Assembly (NCBI GenBank): GCA_013285995.1
Contig: JABDGN010000003.1
Coordinates: 5,317-69,316, forward strand
Origin: Gammaproteobacteria bacterium
GTDB taxonomy: Bacteria > Pseudomonadota > Gammaproteobacteria > JABDGN01
Length of the DNA stretch: 64,000 nucleotides
Reading direction: 5' to 3'
This document shows positions 17,835 to 24,854 of the stretch, in pieces. The notes under the pieces were generated by a model that did no database searches, was not told the origin of the DNA, and saw only the letters and a list, made by a program, of their open reading frames with translations. Position 1 is the first letter of the stretch, and each line of letters begins with the position of its first letter. The position numbers were made by a program, and so were the translations under genes.

Positions 17835-19781
17835 ATGCAACGTAGTGGTAGCAGTGGTGAGTATCAAGCATGTCTAGCTAGGTTAGAAGCAAGGCAAATG
17901 GATGCGCAACAGCAAAGTGTTGCTCTGGATTTTGCGGCCCAAAAAACATTAAATCGTGTGATTGCAGCGCATATCTCTCCAGAAAAAACCCAATTAATAA
18001 GTACCTTTCTCTCTTTTCAGCAGGGTTTTTCTCAGGCTGCAAGTCAAACACGAAATTATCCGACTTTAATTAGTCAATTACGTAGTCCTCATCTTAGTAA
18101 GGACGGAACTTATTTAAGATCACCCATCCATATTTTACCTTATTATGGGAAAATAAGTGATATCAGCACTGATATTGCTCCTGCCATAAATCTTTTTATA
18201 AATTATTTGCGTCGGTATTACCATTATCGCGGGTTGCTTAGCCTGTTTAATTATTTTTCGTCCGCGCCTACTCAGCATACAGTGCAATCATTCTTAATAT
18301 TTCCACCCTTACACAGTGAAACCGGTGAGAGTTTTTTGCATACTTATCTCATTCAGATTAATCCTAACCGGTGTTTCTTAACTATTGCAGTCCCTCTGCA
18401 AACGTTTAAATTGGTATCCATTGGCAGCAAAATAAGTTTTGCTGAGCCCGCTATGTTGCAGTTGAATTATGATCTGGTGTTGTCACAAGGGGAAGTTAGT
18501 ATACAAACGGCTTTTATTACTTTTCCCCAAGATGCATGGATGCCAGCTGCGATAACCGGGAATGAAAAATTTTCTAATTTTATTTTAAGGTTAACAGAGG
18601 AGGAGTTGAAGGTTAAAGTCTTGCCATTTTTGCCTGGCCTAAGTAGAAATTCCTCTGTCGACAGCGGAGGTTTATCACCTGCTTTAAGTAAAGAGTCTTC
18701 TACACAAAACTACGAAAGCTTATCACCACAATTATCCATTGACAGCGGGGCGGCTCATAGACGGCGTCTCTCAGATACTCCACCTCCATCGCCGGCTTCG
18801 CCTTTTATACATCGTCGGCGCGTCAGTATGTCACAGCTTTTTACAAACAGCCTTGCCAATAACCTAGAGTCTGATATTAAGTTTATTTTAGAAACACAGT
18901 GTTTACGTTACGCAGTAGGTCCGCAGCCATTGTTTGAGCACGTTAAGCGTAGTGTTGAATCTTTTATTAAACAATATCCATTTAGTTGGCAATATCCTCC
19001 GGAATTAAATAGCTATTTAGCTAATCCGCTTGCTGATGCAACGTTATCTTCTACTGATTTTCAACGGAATCCCCCTTTGTATATTGTGAGTGAAAGAAGT
19101 GGTTATGTGGAACAGCCTTCTCGTGCAGCTCCTCTCCAAGAGTATATCGATTATTTTAATCGTTATAGCCCAGGGCTTAGTTTGTATTTACAGCAATGTT
19201 TTCATCAAGTAGGGTTATATGATATTACCAATTATTTAGCAGGTTCAGGAACTGCAATTGGGCTTTCTCTAATGCAAAATTTGCCTCTTGAAGAATGTGC
19301 GCCTTTTATAACAATACCTTTCCCAAAAGAAACCCATTTGCATGCAGATCCATTGGCTTTAACAGCCTTTTTGTTTGAAATTCGTTCTCACAAGCGCCAT
19401 ATTTTAATTATTACAGTTAAATATCGTGGCATTTATTTCCCCGATTTAGCTAGCAGCGAATGGGTAGATTATAAGTTTAGCGAGCCGGCTATCTTGCAAT
19501 TAAATTTTGATTTTGTAGGAACAGGCAATAATGTTCAAGCACGCAATGCTTTTTTAAGCTTCCCAGTTGATCCTTGGGTGCCTAACATAACTCTGCTAAA
19601 TCATAAATCTCTCGTTGCCAATGAGCTTGCAGGAATAGAGCAGCTTGAAAAAGTGAAATTTTCAAAATTTATTTTAATACCTGGACTTCACGCTTTGCAC
19701 GCAAACGCCTTAATTAAAGATTTGCCAGGTGCTCTCCAGTTTTTTAAACAACCTCAATTTTTTTCACATCTGATGAGGTAA
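17835..19781 (+). CDS. hypothetical effector-like protein with duplicated domain and Ser-rich linker
   Basis: 648-aa ORF; F.EPA.LQLN.D.V...AF..FP.D.W.P occurs twice. Confidence 0.75.
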   Translation: MQRSGSSGEYQACLARLEARQMDAQQQSVALDFAAQKTLNRVIAAHISPEKTQLISTFLSFQQGFSQAASQTRNYPTLISQLRSPHLSKDGTYLRSPIHILPYYGKISDISTDIAPAINLFINYLRRYYHYRGLLSLFNYFSSAPTQHTVQSFLIFPPLHSETGESFLHTYLIQINPNRCFLTIAVPLQTFKLVSIGSKISFAEPAMLQLNYDLVLSQGEVSIQTAFITFPQDAWMPAAITGNEKFSNFILRLTEEELKVKVLPFLPGLSRNSSVDSGGLSPALSKESSTQNYESLSPQLSIDSGAAHRRRLSDTPPPSPASPFIHRRRVSMSQLFTNSLANNLESDIKFILETQCLRYAVGPQPLFEHVKRSVESFIKQYPFSWQYPPELNSYLANPLADATLSSTDFQRNPPLYIVSERSGYVEQPSRAAPLQEYIDYFNRYSPGLSLYLQQCFHQVGLYDITNYLAGSGTAIGLSLMQNLPLEECAPFITIPFPKETHLHADPLALTAFLFEIRSHKRHILIITVKYRGIYFPDLASSEWVDYKFSEPAILQLNFDFVGTGNNVQARNAFLSFPVDPWVPNITLLNHKSLVANELAGIEQLEKVKFSKFILIPGLHALHANALIKDLPGALQFFKQPQFFSHLMR

Positions 19782-19884
19782 GTGCCAGCAATTTTCTCTA
19801 ATAATATTTACCTATGATAGAATATTTTCACTATATTTTGCGTGGTAAAGTAACGCTATAAAAATTTACTGAGTAGTTATATCC

Positions 19885-20205
19885 ATGCAAAAATTTACCA
19901 CCTTCCACGAGTTTTATCCTTTCTATTTACAAGAGCATAGTCACCCCATTAATCGACGCTTACATTTTATTGGCACCACTTTGTTATTACTCATTTTAAT
20001 TGCGGCGCTGATAACTCGCTATTGGTATGGTTTTATTTTATTGCCGATTGTGGGTTATAGTTTTGCGTGGGTGGGGCATTTCTATATTGAAAAAAATAAG
20101 CCTGCTACGTTTAAACATCCGTTTTATAGTTTAGCAGGTGATTTTCGGATGTTTTACGATATTTTGCGTGGTAGAATTATTTTAAAATCTGATAAACATA
20201 ATTAA
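19885..20205 (+). CDS. DUF962/Mpo1-like small membrane protein
   Basis: FYPFYLQEH...NRRLHFIGT, GYSFAWVGHF..EKNKPATFKHP.YSL.GDF. Confidence 0.9.
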   Translation: MQKFTTFHEFYPFYLQEHSHPINRRLHFIGTTLLLLILIAALITRYWYGFILLPIVGYSFAWVGHFYIEKNKPATFKHPFYSLAGDFRMFYDILRGRIILKSDKHN

Positions 20206-20880
20206 TTGCCCAGGTTGCGTTAAAAAATGATCTTTGAGTTTTGCTTTTAACTGAGCTAATTCCCATGTTAAATAATGATGAGGAGTTAACTGTTTAATAT
20301 AAGGCATGCGCTCGGCAAAATAAGCCTCTAAATCTAATTCTTCTAATGCTACTTGGTATTCAATATCCAGTTGAGTAATATCGATATCAAGTAACGCAAT
20401 GACTTCTCCTGCTGTAAGTCCTAATCGATGAAAATAGCCTAAACCTTGTTCTAACTTAAGAAAGAAGGCGCTCAGTTCAGCACTGAGTTGTTGCGACACA
20501 ATTGTTTTATCAAACCAAGGTTCGGTAACAATAATTCCTTGCTGTGCAACGCGGGCTGCTTCTTTGATAGCTTGTTGAGGACGGGGTAAGTGGTGTAGTA
20601 CTTTGCCGAGTAATACCCAATCAAACGATTTATCTGGGTAAGGGAGTGGTTTATTTACGTTGTCTATTTTTGCTTGAATACCTTGCGCTTGTAAATCTTT
20701 TATATAAGGCTCGTGAACGTCTATTCCTGCTACGCTAATATTGCCTTCATTTTGTAAATAAATTAATTTATCCCCTTGGCCACATCCCACTTCTAATAAA
20801 CTGGTTATTTTAGGTTCAAGTGCGTTGAGTTTGGCAATCAGCTGTTGATCGGATTTTGAGAGTAATAATGGCTTAGTCAT
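20182..20880 (-). CDS. class I SAM-dependent methyltransferase
   Basis: LLEVGCGQG, LPYPDKSFDWV, VLHHL; start overlaps the stop of the HExxH gene. Confidence 0.88.
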   Translation of the reverse strand: MTKPLLLSKSDQQLIAKLNALEPKITSLLEVGCGQGDKLIYLQNEGNISVAGIDVHEPYIKDLQAQGIQAKIDNVNKPLPYPDKSFDWVLLGKVLHHLPRPQQAIKEAARVAQQGIIVTEPWFDKTIVSQQLSAELSAFFLKLEQGLGYFHRLGLTAGEVIALLDIDITQLDIEYQVALEELDLEAYFAERMPYIKQLTPHHYLTWELAQLKAKLKDHFLTQPGQLIMFIRF

Positions 20881-21916
20881 GATGAATTATACTCGACATA
20901 TTGTTAAAAAATTCTCTGCCAAATTCCGTCAATTGAGCAGACTGTTGAATAATGCTTTCACCTTGTTTAAATTTGTATTGATAAGCTTCTAGTCGCGGAT
21001 AAAACGTCATGGGTAAGTCCGCAAGAGGACGGTTAAAATCATATGCATCTAATTTCTGGGTGGGAAAATACTCTGCAAAGAATTTTTCCAATAAACGATA
21101 AGCCATGATTAAGCGAAATACCACAAAATGCCCATGAAAAATACCTTTCATGGGCCTATTGGTATTGCGCGCTGGCGAGAAAAAAAATTCTTTTGAATTT
21201 ATAATCATGGGATCAAAAGTGATTAAGAGATTGAGGTAGTTATGGGCAGCTTCATGAATGATAGAATCAAAAAAATACAGCAATTGTTCTGCTTGCGAAT
21301 TAAATCGATGATAGCGCATCATAATAAGGCCGAAAAATCCTACACTCGAGGCATTAGACGCTTTCCCTCCACCGTCAAAAATATTAATAGCAGAGATAAT
21401 TTCGTTTATTTCTTCTGAGAGATGAGTATTATTTGCGATAATATTAAAACTTCGTTGAATGTAAGAGCTTACTTCTTGATAATCAAATGACGATACGGTA
21501 GTAATTTCTTCGCGTTTATATTTTTTGTCATCGCCTAAATTATTTTTATATAATTCCATCATTATGCTTGAGGTATTGCTGGTAATAACAAATTTATCGT
21601 GGTAAAAGTTATCGGAGGTCGGCAATAAATTAAGCGTATTACACAGGTTGAATGCTGTTTCATTATTTTGCTGAACCATATGTGTTAGCAAAGTAAAGTA
21701 ATAGCAGTAAAACTCGGGGGAGAAATGTCGAGTTGGATTTAAATTCTTTAATAAGTCTAGCAAAGGAGATAAATCGGTGGTTAAGTGTTTTTGTACTTCA
21801 GTTACTAAGCCAATAAAACTTTTTTTAGTTTTGTTCCTTAACTCATTGTGCAACAAGGGCAGGGCAGGGTTGCCCGCTAAGGGAGCTGCAAATTCTGTTA
21901 AGAGGGGGAATGTCAT
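20873..21916 (-). CDS. HExxH-motif peptide-modifying enzyme (putative aKG/Fe-dependent oxygenase)
   Basis: DSIIHEAAHNYL followed by FSPARNTNRPMKGIFHG, the SP.R...RP..G..H pattern of RiPP-associated HExxH proteins. Confidence 0.8.
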   Translation of the reverse strand: MTFPLLTEFAAPLAGNPALPLLHNELRNKTKKSFIGLVTEVQKHLTTDLSPLLDLLKNLNPTRHFSPEFYCYYFTLLTHMVQQNNETAFNLCNTLNLLPTSDNFYHDKFVITSNTSSIMMELYKNNLGDDKKYKREEITTVSSFDYQEVSSYIQRSFNIIANNTHLSEEINEIISAINIFDGGGKASNASSVGFFGLIMMRYHRFNSQAEQLLYFFDSIIHEAAHNYLNLLITFDPMIINSKEFFFSPARNTNRPMKGIFHGHFVVFRLIMAYRLLEKFFAEYFPTQKLDAYDFNRPLADLPMTFYPRLEAYQYKFKQGESIIQQSAQLTEFGREFFNNMSSIIHHD

Positions 21917-21930
21917 CGTTGCCCACTTTT

Positions 21931-21965
21931 TAAAAGGGGATAAACGGTACGGTTTATCCCCTTTA
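21931..21965 (-). terminator. stem-loop between the peptide gene and the HExxH gene
   Basis: AAAGGGGATAAAC-GGTACG-GTTTATCCCCTTT, perfect 13-bp stem. Confidence 0.7.
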
Positions 21966-21981
21966 GCTAAAATAAAAAAAA

Positions 21982-22113
21982 TTAAGCCGCATTCAACAAA
22001 ACAGGGATCAAATCTGTACCATCAAATACCAAATCTTCCGGTAAGTTGAAGATAGTTGTTTTTTGCTCGGCAATTACTTTATTCAAGCTGTTAACCACAT
22101 TTTTAGAGTTCAT
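21982..22113 (-). CDS. putative RiPP precursor peptide, 43 aa (MNSKNVVNSLNKVIAEQKTTIFNLPEDLVFDGTDLIPVLLNAA)
   Basis: Manually translated; GAGGGGG RBS 5 nt before the ATG; first gene of the HExxH-methyltransferase operon; absent from the ORF track. Confidence 0.7.
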   Translation of the reverse strand: MNSKNVVNSLNKVIAEQKTTIFNLPEDLVFDGTDLIPVLLNAA

Positions 22114-22290
22114 AATTTCCCCCTCATATTAATAGGCTCTTTATTAGTGTTGAAATTTCAATGGGATATACTTCTCCTGAATTTTAACCCGGAAGAAGTA
22201 TATTCACTAACAAGGGTTTAATTGTGCTGATTCGCCTTGTTCTTTTATGATCTTCCATTTGATCAACAATGATTAATTGCAGCAACTGTT

Positions 22291-22323
22291 AAGTTACCAG
22301 ATAATTATTAAGGGAATATTAAG
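22291..22323 (-). promoter_or_regulatory. PmrA-type box with -10 element
   Basis: Minus strand CTTAATATT-CC-CTTAATAAT-7 nt-TAACTT, oriented toward the peptide/HExxH operon. Confidence 0.65.
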
Positions 22324-22494
22324 GAAGTATAAAAACCCGATCATTTTTAACCCTGATGGTTTTAAAAATGAGCTAAAACGTCTTGTTTTAGGTCTTTCTC
22401 TCGCAAAATCGGGTTTGCCGGACCGGTTTTGGCAAATAGGCCTTCAACCTCCGCGAAAGGGGTTGTTTCGTAGAGTAAGAGAAACGGAAAAAAC

Positions 22495-23307
22495 TTAACT
22501 GGGAGTAGGAGTAAACGCCGGAATTGCGCCCTCACCAAATAATTGCTTAGCTTTATCGATCACTTGCTGCGATTGAAACGCCGCTAATAATTCTTTCACA
22601 TGGGGCTTGTTGACATCACTTTTTCGCACCACTAATACATTGACATAAGGGGAATCAGTGCCTTCAGTGTAAATAGCGCTATTTAGTTTTAAGCCGGCTG
22701 ACACGGCATAACCGGTGTTAATAACGGCTGCGTCGACATCCGGTAATACACGTGGTAATTGCGCTGCGTCGAGTTCGGTAAATTGAATATGTTTAGGGTT
22801 ATTGGCAATGTCAACAATCGTTGCATTGGTGCCGGCGTTGGGACGCAACGTAATTAAACCGCTTTTTTGAATCAGCAATAAAGCACGCGCTTCATTACTG
22901 GGATCATTAGGGACGGCGATTTTGCCGTTCATCGGCATATCCGTTAAACTTTTTATCTTTTTGCTATACACTCGCATGGGATAAATAAAACCCTCTCCCA
23001 CCGGAACTAAGTTATAACCACGGGCTTGAATTTGTGCATTTAAATACGGCACGTGCTGAAACATGTTGGCATCGATTTCGCCATCATTCAGGGCTGCATC
23101 GGGCATGGTGTAATCGTTGAACGTAATGACATCTACATCCAGGTTATAACGTTGTTTGGCAACCGAGGCTGCCGTGAGCATTAAATCTGTTTCGGGGCCA
23201 TCCATCACCCCCACTTTAATTTCATTAGTGTTTTCTTTGTGGTCGCATCCTGCTAATAGCGTAGTAATAAGCAGCGTAACCGTTAGCAATAAGACTTTGA
23301 ATTTCAT
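22495..23307 (-). CDS. metQ: methionine ABC transporter substrate-binding lipoprotein MetQ/NlpA (copy 2)
   Basis: Lipobox LAGC; IDANMFQHVPYL, PNDPSNEARAL, SPYVN. Confidence 0.93.
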   Translation of the reverse strand: MKFKVLLLTVTLLITTLLAGCDHKENTNEIKVGVMDGPETDLMLTAASVAKQRYNLDVDVITFNDYTMPDAALNDGEIDANMFQHVPYLNAQIQARGYNLVPVGEGFIYPMRVYSKKIKSLTDMPMNGKIAVPNDPSNEARALLLIQKSGLITLRPNAGTNATIVDIANNPKHIQFTELDAAQLPRVLPDVDAAVINTGYAVSAGLKLNSAIYTEGTDSPYVNVLVVRKSDVNKPHVKELLAAFQSQQVIDKAKQLFGEGAIPAFTPTPS

Positions 23308-23385
23308 TGCGATTCCAAATAATAATAATTACGGAGCAGCATAATATCATGAATAAATTGCTTTGCATAATGGTTACTTTTCGTC

Positions 23386-23472
23386 GTCATTCCCGCGTAG
23401 GCGGGAATCCAGAATTTAATCTTTTAAAGGCCTGGATCCCGGATAATTGCCTACGGCAATTTCCGGGATGAC
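23386..23472. repeat. GTCATTCCCGCG..GCGGGAATCCAG palindromic repeat (family C)
   Basis: Other copies at 35533-35613, 45145-45248, 46205-46334, 62601-62730; partial copies at 51013 and 54639. Confidence 0.85.
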
Positions 23473-23486
23473 AAGGACCAAAAGCA

Positions 23487-24296
23487 TTAAGTGGTCGGTA
23501 CAAATGCCGGTACCGCACCGTCACCAAATAATTGTTTGGCTTTATCAATCACCGCTTGCGATTGAAATGCGGCTAACAATTGTTTCACATGCGGATCATT
23601 TGCATGACCTTTTTGCACGACCAACACATTTACATAAGGCGAATTAGGGCCTTCTTTATAAATGGCATCACTCAACTTTAAACCCGCAGGCCCTGCGTAA
23701 GTGTCATTGATAATCGCGGCATCGACATCTTGTAACGCACGCGGCAGTTGCGCCGAATCGAGTTCAATAAAGTGAATATGCTTCGGGTTGCTCGCGATAT
23801 CAACCACGGTTGCATTGGTTCCTGCACCGGAACGCAAGGTAATTAAACCGGCGCTTTGAATCAGTAATAAAGAACGCGCTTCATTACTGGGATCGTTAGG
23901 GATCGCGATTTTGCCATTGACAGGAATATCTTGTAGCTTTTTAAGCTTCAATGCATACACGCCGATCGGATACACAAAACCATTTCCAGCCGGTATTAAA
24001 TTGTAGCCACGGGCTTGAATTTGCGCGTTTAAATACGGTACATGTTGAAACATATTGGCATCGATATTGCCATCGTTCAGAGCTTCATTGAGCATGGTGT
24101 AGTCAGTGAAGGTAACCACTTTAACATTCAGGTTGTAACGTTGTTTAGCCACTTGTGCCGCCGTGACCATTAAATCACTTTCGGCACCAGCCATGACGCC
24201 CACGCTGATGCTATTGGCGTTTTCTTTGTGACTGCACGCGCTGAGCAGCATGCTGATAAGCAGGGTAATGCTTAGGAATAAAGTTTTTAATTTCAT
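23487..24296 (-). CDS. metQ: methionine ABC transporter substrate-binding lipoprotein MetQ/NlpA (copy 1)
   Basis: Lipobox LSAC; same motifs; tandem paralog of 22495-23307. Confidence 0.93.
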   Translation of the reverse strand: MKLKTLFLSITLLISMLLSACSHKENANSISVGVMAGAESDLMVTAAQVAKQRYNLNVKVVTFTDYTMLNEALNDGNIDANMFQHVPYLNAQIQARGYNLIPAGNGFVYPIGVYALKLKKLQDIPVNGKIAIPNDPSNEARSLLLIQSAGLITLRSGAGTNATVVDIASNPKHIHFIELDSAQLPRALQDVDAAIINDTYAGPAGLKLSDAIYKEGPNSPYVNVLVVQKGHANDPHVKQLLAAFQSQAVIDKAKQLFGDGAVPAFVPTT

Positions 24297-24333
24297 GTTT
24301 GAGTCTCTTAATTATTAGGGTTTGTGTAGAGGC

Positions 24334-24481
24334 AAAAAAAATGCCAATGCTAGGGTTTTATTCCTGGACACTGGCATCGGAGCGAGCGGGTTGTTTCACA
24401 CAATCAACAAACGACACGACCAACCTGTACAGCAGTGTCCAGGAGTCGCATTAACATTCGAGGTGCGTGATAAGAATACAT
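24334..24481 (-). promoter_or_regulatory. transcription attenuator in the metQ leader (terminator/antiterminator plus 25-aa uORF)
   Basis: Terminator ATGCCAGTG...CATTGGCAT+T-run (24334-24377); competing perfect 12-bp helix 24433-24444/24362-24373; uORF 24481-24404 MYSYHAPRMLMRLLDTAVQVGRVVC. Confidence 0.65.
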
Positions 24482-24491
24482 AATGGTTTCT

Positions 24492-24557
24492 AAGCTACCA
24501 TAGGAATTTCAGCTTGTCAAATTTTTAATTGACGTAAGCTGTGTCGTGTGGTATAAC
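24492..24557. promoter_or_regulatory. back-to-back sigma70 promoters for metQ (-) and thrLABC (+)
   Basis: Minus: TTGACA(24520-24515)-17 nt-TAGCTT. Plus: TTGACG(24529)-17 nt-TATAAC(24552). Both have a TG extended -10. Confidence 0.7.
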
Positions 24558-24598
24558 TTCAGTTGCACAGTCCGTGTAGCCTTAATCAGGAGATAGTC

Positions 24599-24712
24599 AT
24601 GAACATGAAAATGTTGTTTTCACTTTCTATTAATTTACCCCGCCTTTTATCCCTCCTCGTTTCCTCGACTACGACTACCACCACCTCGACCACCGTAACT
24701 TATACCGTATAA
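24599..24712 (+). CDS. thrL: thr operon leader peptide (37 aa, MNMKMLFSLSINLPRLLSLLVSSTTTTTTSTTVTYTV)
   Basis: AGGAGA RBS; 10 Thr in the last 14 codons; immediately upstream of thrA. Confidence 0.85.
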   Translation: MNMKMLFSLSINLPRLLSLLVSSTTTTTTSTTVTYTV

Positions 24713-24854
24713 GCTATTTTCTGTCGTTAATTTTAATTAAATTTTACAGCTGTTTTATTCAAAACGTTGGGTTTCTATACCCTGAACGGTCAGACACCGC
24801 AATTTGTGACCATTCGCAGTATATTGCCAATGAAAAATTAGAGGTTTCTCATTC

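Noticed and set aside
20873..21916. zinc metalloprotease
   Set aside because: No signal peptide or zincin context; the downstream SP.R..RP..G..H motif indicates the RiPP HExxH family
21777..22498. plus-strand ORFs 21777-22049 and 22277-22498
   Set aside because: They overlap the HExxH gene, peptide gene and promoter on the opposite strand, with no RBS or motif support
24297..24490. canonical SAM-I riboswitch or T-box upstream of metQ
   Set aside because: Conserved cores (kink-turn, GCAAC...GUGC; T-box UGGNACC) could not be found by eye
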